Positions 20,460-29,377 of a DNA stretch of 64,000 bases are shown here, one piece after another. The translations under genes and the position numbers were made by a program. The stretch lies in the sequence record MN871451.1. One strand, written 5' to 3'. The notes under the pieces are model-generated. The model did not search any database, was not told the origin of the DNA, and worked only from the letters and a program-made list of their open reading frames with translations. The first letter of the stretch is position 1, and each line of letters begins with the position of its first letter.

Positions 20460-22718
20460 ATGAAATTATCTTACACTCAACGTGTTCTTTCACGTAAAGC
20501 AAGCCCAGCGCTTGAGAATGAGAACACGGAAGAAGTCGTCGATCAAGCAGTTATCGATGCCCAGCCGTCTGAAGATATTCCGGTATCCGATGACGTCACC
20601 GTTGATGAAACGGTTGTTAGCGAAGACCCTGCCGAAGAAGTTGTGGAAGAAACCATCGTAGAAGAGCCAGTAGCGACTGATGTCCCGGTAGACGGTATTG
20701 AGCCGATCGAACCCCCGCAGGTGGTTCCGGTAACTGACTCAGGCGAAGCCACAGTTGATCAGGTTGAAGCCATCGCCGCAGGCGACCCAGAAGCAGCTGC
20801 TGAAGTTGTTGCAGAAGTCGACAACGCAGAAGGTGGTGACACCACTGCTGAAGAAGTGATCGAGGAAGCAGAAGAAGTCGAAGCGGAAGCACCGGCGGAA
20901 ACCGACGAAGTCGATGTCACCCCAGAAGCCACCGAAGAACTGACCGAAACCGAAGAAGCTCCAGTTGACGTTGCTGACGTCACTCCAGAAGGCGAAGTCC
21001 CTTCAAGTGACGAAGTGGTTGGCGATACCGAAGAAGTTGTGGAAGAAGTTTCCTCTGAAGATTGCGCGTGTGAATCTGACGGCACTAATCCGCCGAATGA
21101 AGGCGGTACCGGTCCGGGTGAACAGCATCTCCCGTCTGAACAGGTTGCAGTCGACGAAGGTAAAGGCGAAGAAGTTAAACCCGTCCAGGAAAAACCGGTA
21201 GACGAAGGCACCGGCGAATCCGATATCGAAGTCGACCAGGAAAAACCTGCCGCAGAAGGTAAGGGTGAAGAAACTCTGCCGTGCGAAAGTGAAGTGGTGG
21301 ACGAAGGTAAAGGCGAAAACACGCACGATGGCGAAATTGTTTCCGCTGAAAGTGCTGAGGTTGTGGAAGAGCAGGTTGTTGACGCGCCGTCTGAAAACAC
21401 CCCAGAAGAAGTTGCCGCTGTTGTGGAAGGCGAAGTCCCGGTAGTTGAAGAAGTCGTCACTGAGACCCCGGAAGCAGAGGCACCGGCAGCAGAAGCGCCA
21501 GCAGAAGGTGTTGTCGAAGCGGTTGCGGAAGAACCCGTTGATCTGTCACCGGAATCTGACGACGGCGACCTGGTGATTGAAGATTTCACCACCGGCACCG
21601 AAGATGAAGAAAGTATCCTGACCGAAGCGCTGGACACCTATCCTCAGGTGGTTGACGTCCTGGAAAAATCCCTCGACGGTAAGGGTGTTTCTGTTGAAGC
21701 CATGATGATTCTGAACATCTTCATGAAACGCGACGGTAACCCGCTGCAGTCTGATGTCTCCCTGGAGAACTACAACTTCACTTCTCGTACCCAGACTCGC
21801 TTAGCGGTTGAGTCGATTCAAGAAGACATGAAAGTGTGGTTCGAACGTATTATCGCGTTCATCAAAGACAAAATGGCCAAAGGGAAAGAATTCATCCGTT
21901 CCGCCTTTAGCCGGACTGACATCCTGATTCGTAAGGCAGAAGCGCTGAAAGGTCTCGACCAGGGTAAAACACCGAACGGGTCTGTTTCAGGCGAGTTCCT
22001 TTCTCAGTTAACTACCGGCGGGAAAGTCGACGGTAACTTCGCTAAAGCGTTCAATGAGTTCAAAAACAAATCAACCGGGATGATCGATACCGTAGGGTTT
22101 GTTATTGACGCATCGAACGAAATCCACAAAGCAGTTCGTCAGAACGTTCTTGATAAAGTCATGAACGGTGAAGACTACAGTGGTAATGGCGGTACACGCG
22201 AAGTCCTGAGCTCTCTTTACGAGAAATACAGCAACGTACTTAAACGCGGACCGTTTGATGTCGATGGCGAAGGGTTTAAATACAGCGCTAATCTGTTAGG
22301 CGGTAACGTGTTTACTGTCATCGTCACCGGTCACGAGTGGGCGAAAGAACCTGCTTTCCGTGTCGCCACTGAAAGTAGTGAAGTCAAAGAAGCGCCAGCG
22401 CTTTCTGCGGCTGATATCAACGCCGTTGCCGAGAGCGCTATTGAGATTCTGAAGAAAATCAAAAACTCTTCTCTGGCAGACGATATCAGCAAAACTGAGA
22501 GTGCGCTGCTCCCCGACCTCGATCGTTTACTGAAACTGTCGAACAACGTTGAAGGCACCGGTGAAAACGTTAAACAGGAAATCACTGCGCTGCGCGCATA
22601 TTTCCAAAACACCGTGAGTTTCTTGAACGCGTTCAGTTCTAGTACGGTCTCTCTGTCTATTCGTACTGTGAATGCAGCACTGAATTATGCTGTAGCCTCA
22701 GCGAAAACCGCTGCGTAA
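20460..22718 (+). CDS. Major internal head/ejection protein (gp93-97 family) with a very long acidic propeptide
   Basis: 752 aa, SD AGGAG, ~400-aa E/D/V/P/A-rich N-terminus, SVEA/SLEN/AVES sites, family helix LAVESIQEDMKVWFERIIAFIK, and C-terminal RTVNAALNYAVAS. Confidence 0.8.
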   Translation: MKLSYTQRVLSRKASPALENENTEEVVDQAVIDAQPSEDIPVSDDVTVDETVVSEDPAEEVVEETIVEEPVATDVPVDGIEPIEPPQVVPVTDSGEATVDQVEAIAAGDPEAAAEVVAEVDNAEGGDTTAEEVIEEAEEVEAEAPAETDEVDVTPEATEELTETEEAPVDVADVTPEGEVPSSDEVVGDTEEVVEEVSSEDCACESDGTNPPNEGGTGPGEQHLPSEQVAVDEGKGEEVKPVQEKPVDEGTGESDIEVDQEKPAAEGKGEETLPCESEVVDEGKGENTHDGEIVSAESAEVVEEQVVDAPSENTPEEVAAVVEGEVPVVEEVVTETPEAEAPAAEAPAEGVVEAVAEEPVDLSPESDDGDLVIEDFTTGTEDEESILTEALDTYPQVVDVLEKSLDGKGVSVEAMMILNIFMKRDGNPLQSDVSLENYNFTSRTQTRLAVESIQEDMKVWFERIIAFIKDKMAKGKEFIRSAFSRTDILIRKAEALKGLDQGKTPNGSVSGEFLSQLTTGGKVDGNFAKAFNEFKNKSTGMIDTVGFVIDASNEIHKAVRQNVLDKVMNGEDYSGNGGTREVLSSLYEKYSNVLKRGPFDVDGEGFKYSANLLGGNVFTVIVTGHEWAKEPAFRVATESSEVKEAPALSAADINAVAESAIEILKKIKNSSLADDISKTESALLPDLDRLLKLSNNVEGTGENVKQEITALRAYFQNTVSFLNAFSSSTVSLSIRTVNAALNYAVASAKTAA
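21150..21317 (+). repeat. Four-copy coding repeat (V/A)(D/A)EG(K/T)GE with a 48-51 nt period
   Basis: GTCGACGAAGGTAAAGGCGAA at 21150, with related copies at 21198, 21249 and 21297. Confidence 0.85.
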
Positions 22719-22735
22719 TTAAACATGCATACTTC

Positions 22736-22772
22736 CAAACCTACCGTCCCTGGTGGACGGTAGGTTTGTATG
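22736..22772 (+). terminator. 14-bp hairpin immediately followed by TATG
   Basis: CAAACCTACCGTCC-ctggt-GGACGGTAGGTTTG then TATGAC (22769). Confidence 0.75.
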
Positions 22773-22817
22773 ACTTTTCTTCCTAACACGCCTTCTCCTG
22801 GGAAAGGAATACTTAAA

Positions 22818-24257
22818 ATGACCAAGATTAAAAACGTCCTCGCGCGACGTCCACAGGTCTCGATTGAGTCCGCCGTTGTAGAACCAGAAAAACAATCCGT
22901 CGAATCGTTCGACGAACGTCCTATTGGCTTCGACTCCAATGAAAGCGAACTACCTGACGAAATTGATAACGCCCTTGATCCGGTAGATGCCGACATCATG
23001 GGTTTGACGTCTTTGACTGAGACCACGAATAAATATCAGGCGGTTTATGACGCCATCGCGCCAGAGATCAATGCAGGACAATCTCTCTCTACCGAAGCCG
23101 CTGTGATTCTGAATATTTTCTCGAACAGCATTGGTATTCAAACTGCCCGTGCCTTTGTTGCCAATGAGTCTGCGTCGCATATCTCGCTGTACGAATCAAA
23201 AGTTGCGCTAGAAGGGATTAAAGAAGTCCTTCGTGAATGGTGGCAGAAATTCTCCGCCTTTTTGAAAGAAGCCCGCAGTCGGTTCGGTCACTGGCTTGAA
23301 AACGCATTTAACGGCGCTGAACAGCTCAAGAGTTTAGCTGAACAACTCAAAGAAGAAGTCACCCACGCCAGGCCCGGCTCGGGTGACATTGAATTCTCGG
23401 AGAAAGGCAAACTACTCATTGAAGGCAACTGGCCTAATGTACCGAATGAAATGATGCGTCTGGGTCGTATCTCCGATATGGTATTGAACAATGTCATCGA
23501 GGATACCTACAGCAACGCACAGGCGGTAGCAAGCGCAATTGGTAGCTACCAGCCGGGCGGCGAAGCTTCGTTCAATCAACTGTTTAAAACGCTCGCCGAA
23601 AGCGTAAAACATCCGTCCGAAGCGATTGCGGGTGAACTCACCATTCGTTTACCGGGCGACGCTAATGAAGTGTTACTCAAAGGCGACGATTCTGTTAATG
23701 CCGTCGTTGAAGCGTCCGAACCTTTCTTAGGTAATGCGCGATTAGCGGCAGTTGTGGTCACCGTTAACCCGACAGAAAATCCGATCGAAGGAATCAGAGC
23801 GCTGGAAAAGGCGTATAAGTTCTCCAAGGTTATCGTAGTCGATCTGTCGGCAGAGAATAAACTCTGGAATTCACGTAACCACCAGGTTGAGGACAAAGAA
23901 GTCTCACGCTGTTCCCCGACAGACGCCGCGAAGATCGCAGACGGTGCCTTGGCGGTAGCGAACGCGATGTTAAAACTGAAGAACTCGGGAAGTAAGAAGT
24001 CCCAAGTCGATCGCGCTGTTGATCAGGCTGGCCAGAACATCGCTAACATGAACATTAACGAAACCAGCGAAGGCGGCGGCAGCATTTCCTCAGCGTTACG
24101 TTCCATTGTTTCTACCGTTGCAAGTATGCCATCCTCAGTGACCAGTAGCTTAGTGAGTTTCTTCGGCTCCACTTCGCGTGCTGCGTTGAAATACGCTAAA
24201 GCTTCCCTTGAAGGCGAGAAGCAAGACGAAAACGAAAATAGCCAGAAACCAAATTAA
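22818..24257 (+). CDS. Internal head protein, gp93-97 family paralogue
   Basis: Start placed at ATG 22818 (MTKIK) after AAGGA. Contains VSIES, VALEGIKEVLREWWQKF, FLGNARL and STSRAALKYAKAS. Confidence 0.8.
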   Translation: MTKIKNVLARRPQVSIESAVVEPEKQSVESFDERPIGFDSNESELPDEIDNALDPVDADIMGLTSLTETTNKYQAVYDAIAPEINAGQSLSTEAAVILNIFSNSIGIQTARAFVANESASHISLYESKVALEGIKEVLREWWQKFSAFLKEARSRFGHWLENAFNGAEQLKSLAEQLKEEVTHARPGSGDIEFSEKGKLLIEGNWPNVPNEMMRLGRISDMVLNNVIEDTYSNAQAVASAIGSYQPGGEASFNQLFKTLAESVKHPSEAIAGELTIRLPGDANEVLLKGDDSVNAVVEASEPFLGNARLAAVVVTVNPTENPIEGIRALEKAYKFSKVIVVDLSAENKLWNSRNHQVEDKEVSRCSPTDAAKIADGALAVANAMLKLKNSGSKKSQVDRAVDQAGQNIANMNINETSEGGGSISSALRSIVSTVASMPSSVTSSLVSFFGSTSRAALKYAKASLEGEKQDENENSQKPN

Positions 24258-24274
24258 TTCTTAAGGTAGAAAAA

Positions 24275-25534
24275 ATGAGCGAACAACTTTTAAAAGACTT
24301 AGCGGTTTACAGCGAAGTAAAGGCTTCTTTGGAATCCTGTCAGGTTATTCCTACCGATGCCCAAAAAATTCTGGGTATTTTCATGGGTGAGCGCTCAGAG
24401 GTTTCCGTCGAAGCCGACCGTGAATCCGTGACAATCGACGGGGATAAAAATAGCACGCTTGGTAAAATTTCGAGTAGAATCAAAGAAACACTCAAAAACC
24501 TCATCGAATGGGTCATGGAACGTTTCCGTGATTTCAAAGAGTGGGCCAGAACGTATCTGATTGGCGTAGAGCAGGCGGAAAAAGAAATTGAAGCCGCAAA
24601 AGGTCTGCTGTCAGAGCATCGTAACTTTAAAACAGAAAAGATTACGTTATTGCCAACAGTGACAGGGGCGTTAGCTGTGCAGGGCTCTTTAGATGAAAAC
24701 TTCCCGAATAAGTTTGTAAATCTTCGCGGCGTACTTGAAATGATGGTTAACGTTCGCGATGGTTTGTCCGACTTGGCCGAGAACGCGATGGCGGTCGCTG
24801 AAAAATGGATTAACGCAGAGGATCATTTCACGGGCCAGGAATCGAAAGAAGCCGCCGCAGTCATTCAGAGCTACGCCAAAGTCGCTGAACCTATTTCGAG
24901 AGTGCTGACTCAACCTAATGAATCAAAAACATTTTCGGGCCCTAATCGCGCACATAACGAAGCTATCTTCGGCGGTAGAAACTTTGAAAAAGTACAAGAC
25001 GTCGCATCCCTCCCATTACCGGGTGGTTATGCAGTGACTTCTATTTTAGTTAAAAAGATCAACGGTCAAGGTTTTATGGGCATGGACGACTCTTTCGTTA
25101 ATGCTGTTGATACATTAATAAAAATGCTCGATGGGCTCTCACCTAACCTTGTGAAAGTATATCAAAGTGGAATTACTTTCTCCGGCGCACCGTTGAACGC
25201 CGCCAAAGCAAAAATTATTATTGACGAAGGGGTAAATTTACTCAATATCGTAAAAAACAGCCGCGAAAGTTCAGGTAGCTACGATAAAGTAGAAAAACAG
25301 TTTAAAGCTATTATTCAGACTCTGGAAGACAAGAAAAGTCAAACCAGTATTAATATCTCTCGACTGGGTTCTTTAATGCGTTCTTCGGTGAAACTGATCG
25401 AAGGCGACCGTTTTAAAACCTACCGTTACGTTGTTAAAACAGTAAGGGCTTCGCTCCGGTATATTTCTGCCTCTGTTGAGTCTACTGCCCCAGAGGCGGT
25501 CCCATCTTCGATGCGTCTGAACGCGCCAGCGTAA
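24275..25534 (+). CDS. Internal head protein, gp93-97 family paralogue
   Basis: 419 aa with ASLES, VSVEA, LKNLIEWVMERF, LPGGYAV and KTVRASLRYISAS. Confidence 0.78.
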   Translation: MSEQLLKDLAVYSEVKASLESCQVIPTDAQKILGIFMGERSEVSVEADRESVTIDGDKNSTLGKISSRIKETLKNLIEWVMERFRDFKEWARTYLIGVEQAEKEIEAAKGLLSEHRNFKTEKITLLPTVTGALAVQGSLDENFPNKFVNLRGVLEMMVNVRDGLSDLAENAMAVAEKWINAEDHFTGQESKEAAAVIQSYAKVAEPISRVLTQPNESKTFSGPNRAHNEAIFGGRNFEKVQDVASLPLPGGYAVTSILVKKINGQGFMGMDDSFVNAVDTLIKMLDGLSPNLVKVYQSGITFSGAPLNAAKAKIIIDEGVNLLNIVKNSRESSGSYDKVEKQFKAIIQTLEDKKSQTSINISRLGSLMRSSVKLIEGDRFKTYRYVVKTVRASLRYISASVESTAPEAVPSSMRLNAPA

Positions 25535-25543
25535 TCGGGAGGT

Positions 25544-26776
25544 ATGATGCAAGATCAATTTAGCGCTCCTTCTCTTGAGGAGGAGATCACCGCTGCCGAA
25601 GGCAGTGTTGAAGCTCGCCGTGATCTTGATGAGATTGATTCTGAAATAAGCGAAATCCGTGAACGCGAAGAACTGGGTCAACGTTATTTGACCCAGGAAG
25701 AACAGAAGGGGCGATTACAAATCGCCCCTGAGGAAATTACCCAAGAAGAAATGGATATTATCCTCGCATTCACTGAATCCCTTGCTGAAGGCACCGGTGC
25801 ACAGTACGCCGCCGTGATGCCTTCTTCAGAATCGGCGTTATCGGGTCACCCTGCATTAGAGTCACTAAATTCATTGCTTTCGGAGCTCTTGAAAGCCGCT
25901 GCTGCTTTACTCGATACGCTCTGGGGGAAACTCACAGACTATTGGGAACACCACCGTATTCGTATTCGCGGTATGATTAACCTCTCCACCGCCATTCGTA
26001 ATATGGCGGAAGAGAAGATCGGTCGACCTTACTCTAATAAGAAATTGTCGATTGTTTCCGGTAAAACAATCCGTCACCTTTCTGTTGGCAATAATACGGT
26101 TAAGGATTTCGGTGCTGTCCGTAAGCAGTATAGTACCCTCCAAAAAACCGTATTGGATATTCTCAAAGGGTGGTGTAAGGACGTTGCTGACCAAGGTGAA
26201 AAGTCTGTTGAAAAAATCACCAATGAAGGCCACGAGAACGTACTGAACGCAATTGAGCACCAGAACGAACTCGCTAAGGAACTCTGGAAGAAACTCCCAC
26301 GTGAACTCCAGACGCCACTCTCGCTCTTAGGGGGTGTTTCGTTAGCCGTAGACCGAACGGATGTTGTGGCCGCCTCTACGCTGGAACTCGCAAAAGAACT
26401 CCAACGACAAAAAGTGACCATGATCTCCGACCCCGATTATATCGATAAAGAAAAGATCGCCTTTACGCCTTTCCAGCCGCAAGAGGTAATCGATTTGATG
26501 GACGACGTGAAGTCGGTTGGGTTATCGGTACTCGGTTTTATCGAGGATCAACACTTCACTGGGTTAGAGCGTCGCGTGAAACAATTCACGAAAGACGCGT
26601 ACCGGAAACTAGACGGTCTTCAGGAACCGAGGAACATTCGGCTAAGTACCCTGATCGATTATCCGATCGCTTATAGTCGCTGGGTCAAAACGCCGGCTGT
26701 AGAACTGTCGAGTTTACTGCTCGATGTTTCCCGCACCTTGCAACAGCTTGCAAAAGAGTCACTATTAAAAGCATAA
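25544..26776 (+). CDS. Internal head protein, gp93-97 family paralogue
   Basis: 410 aa, SD GGGAGG, with PSLEE, PALESLNSLLSELL...W and LLGGVSL. Confidence 0.75.
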   Translation: MMQDQFSAPSLEEEITAAEGSVEARRDLDEIDSEISEIREREELGQRYLTQEEQKGRLQIAPEEITQEEMDIILAFTESLAEGTGAQYAAVMPSSESALSGHPALESLNSLLSELLKAAAALLDTLWGKLTDYWEHHRIRIRGMINLSTAIRNMAEEKIGRPYSNKKLSIVSGKTIRHLSVGNNTVKDFGAVRKQYSTLQKTVLDILKGWCKDVADQGEKSVEKITNEGHENVLNAIEHQNELAKELWKKLPRELQTPLSLLGGVSLAVDRTDVVAASTLELAKELQRQKVTMISDPDYIDKEKIAFTPFQPQEVIDLMDDVKSVGLSVLGFIEDQHFTGLERRVKQFTKDAYRKLDGLQEPRNIRLSTLIDYPIAYSRWVKTPAVELSSLLLDVSRTLQQLAKESLLKA

Positions 26777-26777
26777 G

Positions 26778-26809
26778 CAGAAGGACCTAACGGTCCTTCT
26801 GTTATTTTT
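26778..26809 (+). terminator. Intrinsic terminator
   Basis: CAGAAGGACC-taac-GGTCCTTCTG followed by TTATTTTT. Confidence 0.85.
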
Positions 26810-26856
26810 GACTTTTTATCAGTTTAATTTGACACGTCGTTCAATAAGGAAACACT

Positions 26857-27756
26857 ATGTCTATTGTTATTCACTTTATCGCCGCTCCCTTTGAGCAATC
26901 GTTTTCCTACGAAGGTACCATCGAGGAATTCCAAAGGGGGATTTACACTATCCGTAATTTGGTCAACGTCGACAAAGCCGGGGAAAACATCTTTAACGTT
27001 ACTCCGTCAGGTATCTCCACTGAGTTTGGTGTGAGTGGGTCGGCGCTGTACAAGAAACTGTTCGACCTGGTCAGTAAAGCTGATCCTCGTCTTCTTCGAA
27101 TTAAGAACGACCAGTTCGAAGGAAACACCAGCGTAGATAACGGTCTTTATACGTACCAGTTCAAAGTTGGCGGGATCGATTCATTTACCTGTCAAGTCAA
27201 TTCGCAGAACTCTGTCGATCATGTCCTGAATTATATCAGAGGTTCTCGAGCGATGTTTGAGATCTTCGAGCAATTCCTGATCTCCGTTCGTAACGATTTC
27301 CCTGCGGACACCGCTGTGGTTCCGGCACCAAAAGAAGCACCGGCAGCAGAACCTCTCTTCATTCCTGAGACTGAAGTCGCACCTCGTGTGCCGGTGGAAG
27401 TAAAAAACGGTCGCCCTGTTGTCGCCGCTCAACGCGAAGAGAAAATGCAGGAATTAGGGATTCTGGTTTGTCGGATCGGAAACCCTATCATTGAAGTTGT
27501 GCTGCGTTCCCCTATCGCACATCGTCTTCAGACCACTGCATTCGCTGAGACACTAAAAGGGTATCTCGATCAGAACGGTATTCTCACCACGGCCGATAAC
27601 GGACGTCGTCTGTTGGCAGTCTCTGAGGCACAAGCGTCCCGTTTCGAGGACCTGATTCGTTCCGCAGTACAGGACCACAACGCGCTGGAAGGCACCGAGT
27701 TTGGTCGGGAAGAATATCTCCCAGGAAAAGAAGTCCCAGGCCGTATCTACCTCTAA
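26857..27756 (+). CDS. Hypothetical protein, own transcription unit
   Basis: 299 aa, SD AAGGA, flanked by hairpins, two domains joined by a Pro/Ala/Glu linker. Confidence 0.75.
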   Translation: MSIVIHFIAAPFEQSFSYEGTIEEFQRGIYTIRNLVNVDKAGENIFNVTPSGISTEFGVSGSALYKKLFDLVSKADPRLLRIKNDQFEGNTSVDNGLYTYQFKVGGIDSFTCQVNSQNSVDHVLNYIRGSRAMFEIFEQFLISVRNDFPADTAVVPAPKEAPAAEPLFIPETEVAPRVPVEVKNGRPVVAAQREEKMQELGILVCRIGNPIIEVVLRSPIAHRLQTTAFAETLKGYLDQNGILTTADNGRRLLAVSEAQASRFEDLIRSAVQDHNALEGTEFGREEYLPGKEVPGRIYL

Positions 27757-27763
27757 GAAACCC

Positions 27764-27796
27764 GGAATGCAAGGCTTCTGGCCTTGCATTCCTATG
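27764..27796 (+). terminator. 12-bp hairpin immediately followed by TATG
   Basis: GGAATGCAAGGC-ttctg-GCCTTGCATTCC then TATGAC (27793). Confidence 0.75.
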
Positions 27797-27824
27797 ACTT
27801 TTTCGGGCCCCAGAGGGAAGAATA

Positions 27825-29366
27825 ATGCCACGTTTCACATATGAGTTACCTGACGTTGACGTCATGATTACCCGCCCAATCGTGATGGCGGTCACTCGCT
27901 CGATCATCGGTGTAACCGGTATGCCCGAAGACACCTTTATCGAATACGCGGGCGATGAGCGAGGAATCCCCACTTGGCGAACCACGCTCAACCAACAAGA
28001 ATGGGATCCTACCGATACTGCAAAGTTTGGGTTCTACGGGAAGGTAAAGGTCGCCTACAGCGAAGAACCAGAACCAGATAACATTCTAACCAGTGCGTAC
28101 TATTACCCGGACAACAACATTGTTTGGGCGGATCCCAAAATCAACACGTACCTGACCACCTTCCGTGAACCGGTTAAAGCACGCCTGACGTTTACTTACC
28201 GAACTAAAGATAAAAACGAAGCCAAGAATTGGCAAAGTAGAATGCGTAAGTTAATGCGTAACCATTTTATCGATCAATCGTTCTACGCCGATTTTAATTA
28301 CGTATTACCGTACACACTGTTTGACTTCTTCGATCTCTTTTACAAAATGCGAGAAAGAGTCGAAGGTTACGGCGACAGCTTTAGCGAGTGGTTCAAACAA
28401 GGACTACTGGCTGACAACACCGTACTGGTTACGCAAGGGGCTGAAAAACCTCAGTTCGTTTTCCGTGAGACCCAGCTCGATATCTTAGGGAACTTTGAGT
28501 TTGATACCCCACCCATTGAAGATAAGGTCGATGACGGTACCGCGTACGAAATCGAGTTCAGTTATCGATTTGGTTTTGACCGCCCTATCGGCTTTATGAT
28601 GAAACACCCGTTAGTTATCCACAATCAAATTGTTCCGAGAACCCATCGGACTCAAACTTCGTGGTATGACGCAGATCCTCTAACGGGTCGCGGGTCAATC
28701 AGTTCGACGCGTTACCGCAAATTGTTCCAGGAGCAGTATTTCTACAAGAATTTAAACAGAGGGAACATTGTCCCTTCGTTTGACGACTGGATGCCGACAC
28801 AGGTGGCTGCCGATACCGCGAACCTGACCCAGTTCCTGATTCAAGTCGATACCACGAATCGGAAGAAGGTTTTGTCACTCACAGATCTCCCTAAGATGTC
28901 TTTTGATCCGCTACTGGTCGAATACATGAAGGAAACTCGTGCGTATTTAACCAAACGTACGGGTAGTTGGGTCCATGTCGCTGTCTATCAAAACGACCGC
29001 CCTTTAGATCCTCGTTCAATAACGATTGATGAAGACCTGACTATCTGGGTAGACACAGACCTTGATTTAAGGTCCCTGTATCACGTCAGAATCGGTTTAT
29101 TTACACAGTTGATGTCATTACAGCCTTTTGCTGTAGATCTTCTTAGAAAACGTCCTGAGTACCTTAAAATGGCCATTGATGGCCTTGACCCAGAGTACGG
29201 TAAGAAATATAGCTACCCGACGGCAAAACCGGGGAGATTGGTATCGAAACTGGACTACGTTGACGCCGCCCGTAATTTGGCCGTCACCGCCAGAAGATTC
29301 TACTCGCCAAAATACCGGTACATTCTTCTCCCGACTCAACTCAACACTTTATTCACAGTTCAATAG
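27825..29366 (+). CDS. Virion structural protein, possibly a T4 gp15-like tail terminator (phiKZ gp98-like position)
   Basis: 513 aa, SD GAGGGA. EPVKARLTFTYRTK recalls gp15-type strands, and the gene sits next to a neck gene. Function inferred. Confidence 0.5.
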   Translation: MPRFTYELPDVDVMITRPIVMAVTRSIIGVTGMPEDTFIEYAGDERGIPTWRTTLNQQEWDPTDTAKFGFYGKVKVAYSEEPEPDNILTSAYYYPDNNIVWADPKINTYLTTFREPVKARLTFTYRTKDKNEAKNWQSRMRKLMRNHFIDQSFYADFNYVLPYTLFDFFDLFYKMRERVEGYGDSFSEWFKQGLLADNTVLVTQGAEKPQFVFRETQLDILGNFEFDTPPIEDKVDDGTAYEIEFSYRFGFDRPIGFMMKHPLVIHNQIVPRTHRTQTSWYDADPLTGRGSISSTRYRKLFQEQYFYKNLNRGNIVPSFDDWMPTQVAADTANLTQFLIQVDTTNRKKVLSLTDLPKMSFDPLLVEYMKETRAYLTKRTGSWVHVAVYQNDRPLDPRSITIDEDLTIWVDTDLDLRSLYHVRIGLFTQLMSLQPFAVDLLRKRPEYLKMAIDGLDPEYGKKYSYPTAKPGRLVSKLDYVDAARNLAVTARRFYSPKYRYILLPTQLNTLFTVQ

Positions 29367-29377
29367 GAGCACGGTAA

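Noticed and set aside
20759-21637. 292-aa Ser/Thr-rich antisense ORF
   Set aside because: A shadow of the GAA/GTT/GAC-rich acidic propeptide on the opposite strand.
27584-27991. 135-aa minus-strand ORF and the other short alternative-frame ORFs in the track (for example 9595-9984, 18971-19369, 42437-43009, 44473-44916, 60927-61305)
   Set aside because: They overlap well-supported genes and have no SD, signal or motif. Unlike the o-spanin, they show no diagnostic features.
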